This document shows positions 45,197 through 55,068 of a stretch of 64,000 nt of DNA, in pieces. The first letter of the stretch is position 1, and every line of letters starts with the position of its first letter. Made by a program: the position numbers and the translations under genes. Source of the DNA: a virus. The DNA is taken from the IMG/VR virus record IMGVR_UViG_3300047483_000537, positions 1 to 64,000 of that record; one strand, given 5' to 3'. Below the pieces are notes generated by a model. It made no database searches, had not been told where the DNA came from, and saw nothing but the letters and a program-made list of their open reading frames with translations.

Positions 45197-45592
45197 TTAG
45201 GCTGCGGGAGCCTCTGGTGCTGCGGGCACTTCTGCAACCGGTGCCCAAGGCATTGTGGTTGAGGTTAGTGCAGCTTTGGCTACTTCACGATCAAGTACCA
45301 GCTGAATATGTGCTTTGATACCTGGAATACGTGTTTCGTGAGCTTCAATCCACGCAATTACTTGCGCTTCTGTTAAACTAGCTAGTGGCACAAATCCCTC
45401 CGATTGAGGGTCGGGTACTGTGGTAGACTGAGGCAGTTCAAATGTTTGATCTGCTTCTGTACCTTTCATAGTCCACTCTACTTGTTTAACCGCATTTTCA
45501 ATGCCGTTAATGGTAGCTGTACGTAAACCAGTTACTTTGATTGTGAATGTTGCAGTAAAATCACTTGGTTGTGGTGCTGCTTCGATTGTCAT
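45197..45592 (-). CDS. Tail-fibre-associated small protein
   Basis: V..V.W, FVPL..LTEAQVIAWI, PW motifs. Confidence 0.65.
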   Translation of the reverse strand: MTIEAAPQPSDFTATFTIKVTGLRTATINGIENAVKQVEWTMKGTEADQTFELPQSTTVPDPQSEGFVPLASLTEAQVIAWIEAHETRIPGIKAHIQLVLDREVAKAALTSTTMPWAPVAEVPAAPEAPAA

Positions 45593-45594
45593 GT

Positions 45595-48500
45595 TTATTC
45601 CTTGTTTAGGAGTTGTTCAATAAGTGATTCTAAGCGCTCAATACGAGCACGAAGTTCAACGTTGTCTTTGGCTAGCTCTACGGCTGAGGCGAGTGCTGCA
45701 TTACCATACGAAACGGATAATGTCTGCATGTCATCTTTGGCAGTCATAATTGCTTGTGGAAGCAATTGTTGAAATGACTGTGCACTAACACCAACTTGTG
45801 TACTATCTTCCTCATCTAAGCGATCATAAATACCAACTTTGACTTTGGCTAAACGAGCCACATAGTTCTCTGGCATTGAACGCCAGTTGGTTTTTAAACG
45901 CTCATCTGAATATGCAGTAATGTTTCCTGATGCAACAATCGAATTAGATATAGCACATTTGAAAACGCCGTTGTTGATGACAAGCAAACCGTGGTCGGTT
46001 AAGTTACCAGCAGCACCGCCAGCGTTGGGATGTGACCACGCCAAGCCATATAAACTACCCGTTGTTGTACCATCTGCAGGCAACTTGTAACTGTCACCCA
46101 TGGCAAACACGCCTTGATAACGTGTAGATGCATAAGCACCAACAATACCACAACCATAGTTGTCATCAATATAGAAGTTACCATTAGCACGGTTAGACCT
46201 GCCAGACAGCGCTACATAACAAGCAGCATGGTAGTTGTCGTTGTAGTAGCCGCGCAAAGACCAATAACCGCTGGCATCTGAACTCCACGTTGTCTGAACG
46301 TTGTAACCACTATCATCTTCGTTGCGATACAGCTTGGTGACGCCCGGGCGGTTTCCACTAGTACGTGCAGTTGCATAGCTTGTGTAGTTACCTGCGTGCA
46401 ACATTACGCTGTTATTTACGTACCAGTCTTGGTTTGTATAAAACGCCTTGTCGGAATAAACGTGCGTCCAACTACTATTCTGAGCACCAAAATTAACCCA
46501 ACCATAAGCGGTGGTAATCCGGAGCCCAGTGCCATCACCTTGACTTAGTTTTAAGTTGCTATTGGCTAGTTGCAGACTATTATTTATTACTACATCTGAA
46601 CCACCAGCATGACCACCAATAGTCATCAATAACGCTTCGCCGCCGTCGCCATTACCGTCGTTGTTAGCGTCAGTGGTTGGTGAGTTGTTGTAGAAGCGGA
46701 TACCAGAATAAGCAGCACCAATACGAATACCAGTGTGGTATCCAATAATCAAGTCAGAGTAGTGTGGATGTGACCAACCACCGTTGGCATAGTCCTTGCC
46801 CATTGAATAATGGCTAGAGCCAAAACTATGTCCGCCACCACCAGAAAGAAAGTTAGTTCTAAGATCACCAACTGTTCCGCCGCTTAAGGGTAGAGCATAT
46901 GAGCTGTAGTTACCTGCGTGTAATACTAAGTGTGAACTATCAGTTGCATAAAAGTTACCGTCAGCGTATACACTAACAACACCGCTAGTAGACGAGAAGC
47001 CAAATCTGTAATCACCACCATTAAACTGGTACCCGTGGTAACCAGCACCACCAGCCCAAGAGTTGTTGGTAATAGTATGACCTGAACCTCCCAGATTAAG
47101 GTTGATACTCCAAGTACCTGAAGCCCCACCACCTGTTAATGTGGGTGCCCAAGTATTGTAGTTATGATCAGTTAATATGCGTTTCCATGACATCCAAGAA
47201 CCAGCATCACCATTACGGCTACGGATCGAAAATTCGTGGCCACTATATTGACCATTGATCTGCATATCATAACCGCCAGCTGGCGCACTAAATAATGGGC
47301 CAGTCCATGGCGCATTATTAGAGTATGTAAACGATGAACGTAACCAACTACCGCCTAAGAAAGTATTCGCATCTGCTCCTGGCGAACCTGGCCAACCTGT
47401 ATAAGGGATTTGAACGTAATTGCTCCAATTACTTGCAGTCAATAAGCTCAGCTGATTAATAACATGAGACTTTGACGACTTGCGTGACCACCCATCACCA
47501 TTGCTGGTGATAAAAGAGTTGATTGTGGGGTTTTCGGTTTCGCCGGTGCTAAAGTTAACATGGTTGGCATAGATATATCCATTACCATCGCGCTGAACAA
47601 TGTGACTGCCAGTGACACCACTAGACCATGTTGGGAAATAACTAGTGTAGTTGTTTGCAGTTAAAACTTCCGACCAACCGTTCCAAACCCCTGTACTACT
47701 GCGCGATCTAATCGCCATTCTATTGGTAGGGTCTGTGTCCACCCAAATTTGAGCACCATAAACAGACGTGGTATTAGCCCACGACATACCAATAATATGT
47801 CCATCATTACCGCTTGGACCTGTTGCCAGAGTATGTATTAAGGAGTTTCCTGTGCCTGGCATTGCTGTAGCAGCATCACCACTAACAACAGTTGCAGCAT
47901 TTGGGCTATATAGGTTTGTTGTAGCTGTAGCAGCAACTGACCCTGCAGAACCAGTAATATTAATAGGCCAAGTGCCTGAAGCATTGCCCCCGGTTAGGGT
48001 TGGTGAATAGCTGTTATAATTACCGGCATGTAGAACTTGATTGCCTGCTTGCTGAAGTGCAACTAATGAATTAACTACACTACCTATGGATAATGCTTTA
48101 GTATTGCCTGAAACAAAACTAAAAGTACCACCACTACTGCCGCTTGACTGAAATTGAATATTTGTTGCAGAAACTGCTGGAGTAGCGGTTCCGTCGGTAT
48201 CATAACCAGCGCGAACCCATAAAGACTGTGTACCTGTAGATGTATTTATACGTAAACCAGTTGCAGCTCCAGTAGCAATGGTTAACTCGCCAGTTAATGT
48301 TCCGCCACTTAGTGGTAAATAACTGTGAGTATGGGATGCAGGTGGATATGTATAACTATCTTTGTTCCCTGCATGAATCAAAGCACGCTGGGCTGTGCCA
48401 TCATAAAAAGACCCACCACCATAGATATATGTGCTACCTGTGCCTTTGATATAAGTACCAAGACCGCTAGTGGCGTTGTAACCAACAGTATCTGACTGAC

Positions 48501-49452
48501 CAGCAAAGTTAATTACCGATCCAGTATTAATACTTAGGTTACCTGTTAATGTACCACCACTTAATGGAAGCGCATAACTGCTGATATTACTTGCGTGAAG
48601 TACAATACTGTTGTTAACACGTACATTCCACGAAACGTCATCAGAGCGGAAGTTAAAATACGCAGCATCTGAGGTTGTGTTAACGTATTCTAAAATTGAT
48701 GTTGAAATATTTGGGTTGTGAAATACAACACCAGATTTATTGGTAGCACCGCCTGCTCCGGCTACAATTTCCAAGTAACCGTCATGTGCTGCAATTACCG
48801 CATTAGGAGCACCTGCTGGAGATCCACCAACGGTAAGTGCACGACCGCCTACGTTAACAATTGTTCTACCTGTTAGTGTACCGCCGCTTAAGGGCAAGTA
48901 GTCGTGCGTGTGCGAAGTAGAGGCAGCGTAGCTACCAACGTTACCTGCATGAACCGCTACATTGCCGTTAATAAGTAAGTTCTGAGGAGCATTTGTATAG
49001 TTATAGTGAAATAACTCAAGGTTCTCAGTTGCAGAGTTGTGATAAAGTTCCCATGCACCGTCTAAATAAACACTACTTGAGACGCTAAGATTAGACGTAT
49101 TAACTTGCTCAGTTTGAGTACTATAAGCAGTAAGAATATTGAATGGTAAACTTACGTCGCCAGTTAAACTACCGCCAGCTAGGGGTAAATAACTTGTAGT
49201 GTTACTTAGTGGGGTAAAGCCCAAAGCACCTGTGACGTCACCAGAGCTTAGTGTAACCGCACCGGTACGAGTGTTAAAGCTAGCCACTCCTGCTGCGCTG
49301 CCACCTATTTCAACAACAGCATCTGTACCATTGTTTCTTTTTAAAAACAGCTTGCCATCAAAGGTGTTGATGGCAAGCTCGCCTAAGGCAAGGTCACTGG
49401 TTGTGGGTACACGACCAGTTACATTGCTGCGCTTTATTTTTATTTCTGCCAT
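45595..49452 (-). CDS. Long tail fibre with C-terminal intramolecular chaperone (peptidase S74)
   Basis: IKIKRS..G..P....GELAIN N-terminus; repeated HAGNY/LPLSGG; SDERLKTN...coiled coil. Confidence 0.9.
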   Translation of the reverse strand: MAEIKIKRSNVTGRVPTTSDLALGELAINTFDGKLFLKRNNGTDAVVEIGGSAAGVASFNTRTGAVTLSSGDVTGALGFTPLSNTTSYLPLAGGSLTGDVSLPFNILTAYSTQTEQVNTSNLSVSSSVYLDGAWELYHNSATENLELFHYNYTNAPQNLLINGNVAVHAGNVGSYAASTSHTHDYLPLSGGTLTGRTIVNVGGRALTVGGSPAGAPNAVIAAHDGYLEIVAGAGGATNKSGVVFHNPNISTSILEYVNTTSDAAYFNFRSDDVSWNVRVNNSIVLHASNISSYALPLSGGTLTGNLSINTGSVINFAGQSDTVGYNATSGLGTYIKGTGSTYIYGGGSFYDGTAQRALIHAGNKDSYTYPPASHTHSYLPLSGGTLTGELTIATGAATGLRINTSTGTQSLWVRAGYDTDGTATPAVSATNIQFQSSGSSGGTFSFVSGNTKALSIGSVVNSLVALQQAGNQVLHAGNYNSYSPTLTGGNASGTWPINITGSAGSVAATATTNLYSPNAATVVSGDAATAMPGTGNSLIHTLATGPSGNDGHIIGMSWANTTSVYGAQIWVDTDPTNRMAIRSRSSTGVWNGWSEVLTANNYTSYFPTWSSGVTGSHIVQRDGNGYIYANHVNFSTGETENPTINSFITSNGDGWSRKSSKSHVINQLSLLTASNWSNYVQIPYTGWPGSPGADANTFLGGSWLRSSFTYSNNAPWTGPLFSAPAGGYDMQINGQYSGHEFSIRSRNGDAGSWMSWKRILTDHNYNTWAPTLTGGGASGTWSINLNLGGSGHTITNNSWAGGAGYHGYQFNGGDYRFGFSSTSGVVSVYADGNFYATDSSHLVLHAGNYSSYALPLSGGTVGDLRTNFLSGGGGHSFGSSHYSMGKDYANGGWSHPHYSDLIIGYHTGIRIGAAYSGIRFYNNSPTTDANNDGNGDGGEALLMTIGGHAGGSDVVINNSLQLANSNLKLSQGDGTGLRITTAYGWVNFGAQNSSWTHVYSDKAFYTNQDWYVNNSVMLHAGNYTSYATARTSGNRPGVTKLYRNEDDSGYNVQTTWSSDASGYWSLRGYYNDNYHAACYVALSGRSNRANGNFYIDDNYGCGIVGAYASTRYQGVFAMGDSYKLPADGTTTGSLYGLAWSHPNAGGAAGNLTDHGLLVINNGVFKCAISNSIVASGNITAYSDERLKTNWRSMPENYVARLAKVKVGIYDRLDEEDSTQVGVSAQSFQQLLPQAIMTAKDDMQTLSVSYGNAALASAVELAKDNVELRARIERLESLIEQLLNKE

Positions 49453-49490
49453 ATGGCTACCTTTCGTGCTTATATAAGCAGGTGTCTATA

Positions 49491-50813
49491 TTAGTAAGTT
49501 CCGCCGTCTACTGCTGTAATTGATACTAAACCATTAACAACTGAAAAATTAGTGTTTACAAAACTTGCTAAACCTTTTACAATACTTGTTGCAATAGGTA
49601 TTGCGGTACTACCTGCTGCGGTAATTAAACCTTTTGCATTGACTGTGAAATTAGGTACAGTTACTGAGTCACCAAAACTTCCAACATTGCTGTTAACTGT
49701 TGCAAGAGTACCTACACCAGTTACGTTTGCACTACCGTCTAAACTAGCGGAAGTGTAGCTAATATCTCCAGTAATTGCAACGGTACGGCCAGTAGCCCAC
49801 TTAGTAGCTGTAGCAGCATTACCATTTAACGCACCATGTACTGTAGATACCACTAAGTCTTTGTTAAAGTTCCAACGGTCGTTAGCGCTTGTGTATGTTA
49901 AAGTTGCCCCTGCTCCAGCAACAGTTAAACCAGCACCTTCGGCAGCGGCAGCGTTAGCTGCATCTTTTGCTAGTGTAATATTAATATCTGCTACTGCAAC
50001 GGCTGTTGAGTTGACTGTTGTTGTAGTACCTTGTACTGTTAAGTTACCTGTGATAACAGCGTTACCGTCAACACTAATATTTGCGGCAGTAATGTCATCA
50101 GAAGTTAAGGTTCCGTTTACTGTAACATTGTTAAAAGTTACGTTGTCTGTTGTACCAACCGCTTGACCGATAGCAAAACTAACTTGATTATTTGTAACTG
50201 TGGTAGCAACACCAATACCACCGGCAAATGTTAGCGTATCTGTTCCAAGTGCAACAGCATCACTGCCTGTTCCACCAGCAATATTCAAGCTAGTTGAAAT
50301 AGAGGCTGTTGTAACGCCAGTCACTAAGCCTTTGGCATTTACAGTTACCACAGGGATTTGTGTTGTACTACCAAAAGTACCTACGTTGCTGTTAACTGTA
50401 GCCAATGTAATTGCTGTACTTAAATTCTGAGTACCATCAACACCGGTAAAAGTAGCAGTCGCATCACCAGTTAGTGCTAAACTACGTGCATTTAGCCATG
50501 CAGTAGCTGTTGAAGCATTACCAGTTACATCGCCGGTAATATCTAAGAAAACGCTGCCTGCATTGTCTCGACGAACAATAGTATTAGCAGTATTTAAATT
50601 TGTAGCTGCGTCAACTAAATCAGTATAACGCTTACCACCAATTACAACGTGATTAACTGCATTACCTGCAGTCTCGGTTCCCATACCAATGTATAAACGG
50701 TCGCCTCCGTTGGATCCGTTGTCAGCAAGTGCCGTATAAGCTAACTCACCAGCACCTAATACAGCTGGGTTACCACTAACCTCACTGCGCTTAATTCTTA
50801 AAATAGAAGCCAT
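49491..50813 (-). CDS. Tail fibre-like structural protein
   Basis: IKRS..GELAY N-terminus; GNLTVQGTTTTVNST; VNAKGL.T repeats; DGGTY end. Confidence 0.75.
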   Translation of the reverse strand: MASILRIKRSEVSGNPAVLGAGELAYTALADNGSNGGDRLYIGMGTETAGNAVNHVVIGGKRYTDLVDAATNLNTANTIVRRDNAGSVFLDITGDVTGNASTATAWLNARSLALTGDATATFTGVDGTQNLSTAITLATVNSNVGTFGSTTQIPVVTVNAKGLVTGVTTASISTSLNIAGGTGSDAVALGTDTLTFAGGIGVATTVTNNQVSFAIGQAVGTTDNVTFNNVTVNGTLTSDDITAANISVDGNAVITGNLTVQGTTTTVNSTAVAVADINITLAKDAANAAAAEGAGLTVAGAGATLTYTSANDRWNFNKDLVVSTVHGALNGNAATATKWATGRTVAITGDISYTSASLDGSANVTGVGTLATVNSNVGSFGDSVTVPNFTVNAKGLITAAGSTAIPIATSIVKGLASFVNTNFSVVNGLVSITAVDGGTY

Positions 50814-50824
50814 GTTCTTTTCCT

Positions 50825-51061
50825 TTAAAATTGTCCTGACTCAACAATTTGTTGGTCTAAGAGTGTGGTTGCGGTCCATTTTTGTGTTTGATTATTGTAT
50901 ACTAATAAGGACCCTTGACCTAGCTGAGCTAGATCTATATCTTGTAATTGTGCGAAGCTAGACGCACCTCTTGGGCCCAGTAGCCCAGTTACAACTGTTT
51001 GAGGACGTGAATCTTCAACAACAACTGTTTGACCTTGCTCAGTTACTACTACTCTGGTCAT
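50825..51061 (-). CDS. Small tail-associated protein
   Basis: L.D.D...GS.LVYN...KW; ESGQF end. Confidence 0.6.
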   Translation of the reverse strand: MTRVVVTEQGQTVVVEDSRPQTVVTGLLGPRGASSFAQLQDIDLAQLGQGSLLVYNNQTQKWTATTLLDQQIVESGQF

Positions 51062-51954
51062 CTTGTAACCTCCTGAACCAGTGTTAAGTTACCTGTTAAG
51101 AACGGAACAACTAAGCCTCCGGCTTCATAGAGTTCTAAGCTGTAAACAGCTGTTGCAAAATCAAAAGTTTGAGTAACTGCTGCAGGAATTGTAATAGTTA
51201 TAGAATTTAACTCTAAGTCTATGATAATATGACCACCTGGACCGCTAGTAGTGGAGTATATAACATCTTCGCTGTCAGAAGTCTCCCGTATCTGCATACG
51301 AGCACTATAACTAATTAAAGGCACTGGCTGATTGTACTCAACAACGCCACCATTTGTATAAGCAGTATATTGAAGACTATTTACTTGGTTGATTTCAATC
51401 TTGTTTGCTGCTGCAGCTTGTGCTGCGGCAACAGTTGCCTGATTAGCTGTAACTGCATTTTGCCAGGTCGTATAGGAATTATTTAAATTGTGCAATGTCG
51501 GCGCAAAGTTACTTGGCACTGGAGGGCTTATTTGTTGGCCACTTGACATTATTAGCTGATAAGTTGCTACTGGTGTTAAGTTTACCCAAGGTCTGATTGT
51601 TGGGGCGACAATTTGAGCATCTTGAATTTTCATTTCGTTCCAAATGTCAAGTTGCCCAAGATAAATCTCTTCTAGTTCTTGCACATCTATAAGTGTTGGT
51701 GCAACAGCACTATAAGCTGTAGACAAATAATATGTTTCACCTACATTATTAAGCTCTTTCATACCGCCAGCACCTACTACTCTAAACCTCCAACCTAATG
51801 GAAGGTTGTGGTTTACTGTGGTACTTATAACACAAGGAGCGCTTTTTTGAATAGCCTGAATTGGAACATAAACTTTTGTTTCTGATTCCCAACGATAGCT
51901 TTCTTGAAACGTACTGCCTTGGTAAATTTTATAATTTATTTTAGCTGGTTGCAT
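51058..51954 (-). CDS. Baseplate/tail adaptor-like protein
   Basis: IYQGSTF, YSARMQIR, AVYSLEL, G...L..EVTR. Confidence 0.6.
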   Translation of the reverse strand: MQPAKINYKIYQGSTFQESYRWESETKVYVPIQAIQKSAPCVISTTVNHNLPLGWRFRVVGAGGMKELNNVGETYYLSTAYSAVAPTLIDVQELEEIYLGQLDIWNEMKIQDAQIVAPTIRPWVNLTPVATYQLIMSSGQQISPPVPSNFAPTLHNLNNSYTTWQNAVTANQATVAAAQAAAANKIEINQVNSLQYTAYTNGGVVEYNQPVPLISYSARMQIRETSDSEDVIYSTTSGPGGHIIIDLELNSITITIPAAVTQTFDFATAVYSLELYEAGGLVVPFLTGNLTLVQEVTR

Positions 51955-51955
51955 T

Positions 51956-52297
51956 TTAACCACCTCTCTTTGTGGCAGATAGCTGCTTGAACTTTACTAC
52001 TTCTTGAGTTAAGGCCGCTACTTCAGTTCGTAGATGTTGGTTTTCTACAGTTAATTTTTGTAGTTCACTATTTAATGCTATTACTTCTGAATGTAGCCTA
52101 CCCAATTCAATGCTAAGCTTTGTATTTTGCTGACTCATACGCTCCAATTCTGTATGCATGAGCGTTATAATACTAGTCTCTGCTTCGGTACTTCGCCAAT
52201 TTTTTAATATTTTTTGCGCACCTATAAAAACAGCCATTACTGCGATTGCAATTAGGCTAATAGCTTGTAGGCTTTGCTCAAAACTAGATTCTAACAT
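51956..52297 (-). CDS. Membrane-anchored coiled-coil protein (possible holin)
   Basis: N-terminal TM + heptads. Confidence 0.5.
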   Translation of the reverse strand: MLESSFEQSLQAISLIAIAVMAVFIGAQKILKNWRSTEAETSIITLMHTELERMSQQNTKLSIELGRLHSEVIALNSELQKLTVENQHLRTEVAALTQEVVKFKQLSATKRGG

Positions 52298-52422
52298 AAA
52301 CTAATTCTCCCCGTTTTATAGTGGATATAAACTACTTAGCCACTAACTTTATTTAACTGATTGTAATATAGCGCAATCCCTATTTGAACTTAAAAGTTGG
52401 GAGACTACAGACATTTTGGTAT

Positions 52423-52451
52423 ATTATAGCACAAGGGCATAGTAAAGTCAA
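52423..52451 (-). promoter_or_regulatory. Sigma70-type promoter with extended -10
   Basis: TTGACT-N17-TATAAT, GTGC before -10. Confidence 0.75.
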
Positions 52452-52455
52452 CACA

Positions 52456-52486
52456 AAAAAATACCCACCTTTTATGGCGGGTATTT
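52456..52486 (-). terminator. Intrinsic terminator
   Basis: ATACCC/GGGTAT stem with A run on +. Confidence 0.65.
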
Positions 52487-52491
52487 AATTT

Positions 52492-53205
52492 TTAAAACTC
52501 TTCTAAATCAACTGAACTAGTATACCTGGTGTATTGTGCGTAGCTAATCCCATTTAAATTAGTTAACTTACCATATATACTATACATTTGCTCTCGACTT
52601 TTGTCTACATCTTCGGGAAATGCTGACACAAAAACGCAGCCAAGCTTTCCTGTGTTTTTTAATATGTTAAAAAACTCATACTTGTCTGTATCCGTTAAAT
52701 ACTCAAGCGCAAATTGTAGTGTTTTGTTACGAGGTCCTGGCGTGGTATACAGATCTCCACTCTGTAGTCGTTCTGAGATACTAGTATCCGCATATCCAGC
52801 AGTAATTCCAAAAGGAATATTATGTTGAGGACTCCAATAGTTTCCGACAATAAATCTACTAACTTTTACACTTGTGCTAAAAGTTACAGTAAAGTTTGTC
52901 TGATTACTTAGTCCAGTTAGATACGCTACCACATACTTACCTCCACCATAAGCATTTTGTAAGTTTACACTAGAGCTTACAGTGGTCTCTATTACTGGTG
53001 CGAATCCAGCAACTGTCATTGTTATAGCAGAAGTATGTTCTGGTAAATAAGCTACTACTGCTACACTTCCTGAAACCGGTACAGTAGTTAAGGTAAAACT
53101 TGTACCTGTAGAAGTCTGCGATTTGTAGTCGTTAGTAGTTGGGTGTGCAGCTGAACCAGATACCTGTGTCAACTTGTTGCTATAAACTATCCTTAAATGT
53201 GCCAT
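52492..53205 (-). CDS. Minor tail protein
   Basis: R..VG.YWSP..N, Y.D.S..R..SG, IYG.L, LEE end. Confidence 0.6.
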   Translation of the reverse strand: MAHLRIVYSNKLTQVSGSAAHPTTNDYKSQTSTGTSFTLTTVPVSGSVAVVAYLPEHTSAITMTVAGFAPVIETTVSSSVNLQNAYGGGKYVVAYLTGLSNQTNFTVTFSTSVKVSRFIVGNYWSPQHNIPFGITAGYADTSISERLQSGDLYTTPGPRNKTLQFALEYLTDTDKYEFFNILKNTGKLGCVFVSAFPEDVDKSREQMYSIYGKLTNLNGISYAQYTRYTSSVDLEEF

Positions 53206-53214
53206 TGTACTCCT

Positions 53215-55068
53215 TTATACACTAATACTGATAAACTTGTTGGCAAAATCTATTCTAAATAATCCGTCAGTACTAGTTATATTTAGTCCGACATTAATAG
53301 TGCCTGCGTTGATTTGGTTTGCTTCTACGCTATTAATATATGTACTATTAAGTTTCTGTGTAGTACTTAATATTACGCTACCATCAGTGGCCCTAACCTC
53401 TAGGCCGTTAGAGTTTATTTTTGCTGCAGTTACAGACCCTGTTACCAATAAGTTGCCATCAATTACAGTACCTGGAGTTACCCACTGTTGCGTGCTTGCA
53501 TTATAAGTAATAGTATATACGTAAGTTGTGCCGTTAGTGAATGTAACTGTATCACCTTCTATAGGTGTAGTAGGTATACTACCAGAAGTTGCTGCAGCAA
53601 TCAGTTGATTAGCTCTAACTGCATAGCTTGCAGCTCCTGCTGAATTTGGGGACAAAGTGTAAGTATTGACATATATAGAGCTATTAGAAAATAACTGTCG
53701 ACTGCCTCTAGTACCGTTAGTACCGTTAGTACCGTTAGTGCCATTAGTGCCATTAGTGCCATTAGTACCATTAGTACCTGGAGTGCCTTGATCGCCTTTT
53801 TGTGCTAGTACTTTAGCTGTACTCCACTCAGTATTAGCTATAGTATCTGTAGTACTAGAGCTGGCAGCTGTAGCTTGTACTACCCAAATTACCGTTCCAT
53901 TACTAGCGTCAGGTATTGTTTGAGTCCAGCCACTAGGTATAGTTCCACTCAATACTGTTGTGGAAAAAGTATAAGTACTACTACCTGCAGTACTTAATGT
54001 TGGTGCTGTACTAGAATTATTATTGCGAGCATATAAAAATACACTTGCTGTGTTAATACCGTCAGTACCGTTAGTACCGTTAGTACCGTTAGTACCATTA
54101 CTACCGTTAGTACCATTACTACCGTTTTGTACTAACAATACTGGGCTAGCCCATTCTGTTGCAGCAATACTATCTGTTCCAGTAGTAGAACTAGCAGTAG
54201 CTATTGTAACGTACAAAGGATTACTTCCACTAGGAATACTTTTTGACCAGCTATTAGCTAAAGTAGCTGTTGTGATAACATTAGTAGAAAAACTATAGTC
54301 TACAGCGCCAGGGTTATCTGTGGGTGCTGCAGCAGATCGTTTATATGCATATACCAAAGCTGTACTAGATCCAGCACCTCCTGGAGTGCCGTCTATACCG
54401 TCTTGCGCAAAAAGTACCGGAGCTGACCATAAGGTATTAGAAAATTGATAGCTAAGCCCTATACCTGCGGCTAAAACTTGTGTAGTCCATAAGTATTTAC
54501 CAGCAGTTGACGAAGGTATATTTTGAGACCATCCGCTAGGCTGTCCAACTACTTGCGCAGAGTTGAAAGTATACGTGGAGTCGCCTGTAGTAGGTAATTC
54601 TGGTGCTTGGTTACTAGAGGTTCTTCTATATAGCACAACTTGAACGCTATTTATAGCATCTATACCATCTAAACCTTCTCGCAGAACTGGTATTGAAAGT
54701 ATTGCTTCGCTTTGATTTACCCCAATATTACTAGTAGTTTCTGATACAATTACTTTATATTGTACGACCGTACCGGTACCCAAAGCTGTTAAAAAAGCAC
54801 TGTCTAGGTTTAATACTAAAGGATTAGTTGTGCTTGTAATATTTGTAAAACTACTCGTATTACCGAATCTATAACTCCAGGAATATGCAGGAGTTATATA
54901 CCCTACAACATTGGCTGAAATAGTTATAGATGCAGGGGTAGGTACTAAAGCTTCTTTAGGTACTATAAGTGAAGTTGCTGCTCCGGAATCTAATGTAACA
55001 CTAGCTCCAGTTATCCTACTAGAAGATGCAAATAGTAGTTCGTTTCTATCGTTTAATAGTTGTGCCAT
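53215..55068 (-). CDS. Tail fibre/tip protein with three internal repeats and G-X-Y runs
   Basis: Repeated Y.R....P..Y.F...GW...P...W..WS.P units; (GTN)n; IDG.LLV.GSVTA. Confidence 0.75.
   Translation of the reverse strand: MAQLLNDRNELLFASSSRITGASVTLDSGAATSLIVPKEALVPTPASITISANVVGYITPAYSWSYRFGNTSSFTNITSTTNPLVLNLDSAFLTALGTGTVVQYKVIVSETTSNIGVNQSEAILSIPVLREGLDGIDAINSVQVVLYRRTSSNQAPELPTTGDSTYTFNSAQVVGQPSGWSQNIPSSTAGKYLWTTQVLAAGIGLSYQFSNTLWSAPVLFAQDGIDGTPGGAGSSTALVYAYKRSAAAPTDNPGAVDYSFSTNVITTATLANSWSKSIPSGSNPLYVTIATASSTTGTDSIAATEWASPVLLVQNGSNGTNGSNGTNGTNGTNGTDGINTASVFLYARNNNSSTAPTLSTAGSSTYTFSTTVLSGTIPSGWTQTIPDASNGTVIWVVQATAASSSTTDTIANTEWSTAKVLAQKGDQGTPGTNGTNGTNGTNGTNGTNGTNGTRGSRQLFSNSSIYVNTYTLSPNSAGAASYAVRANQLIAAATSGSIPTTPIEGDTVTFTNGTTYVYTITYNASTQQWVTPGTVIDGNLLVTGSVTAAKINSNGLEVRATDGSVILSTTQKLNSTYINSVEANQINAGTINVGLNITSTDGLFRIDFANKFISISV
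53711..53778. repeat. 9-bp tandem repeat encoding (GTN)n
   Basis: (GTACCGTTA/GTGCCATTA)n. Confidence 0.85.
54065..54127. repeat. 9-bp tandem repeat encoding G(T/S)N
   Basis: (AGTACCGTT/ACTACCGTT)n. Confidence 0.85.

Noticed and set aside
44208-49452. DGR or shufflon at the tail fibre
   Set aside because: No reverse transcriptase, TR/VR pair, invertase or inverted cassettes seen
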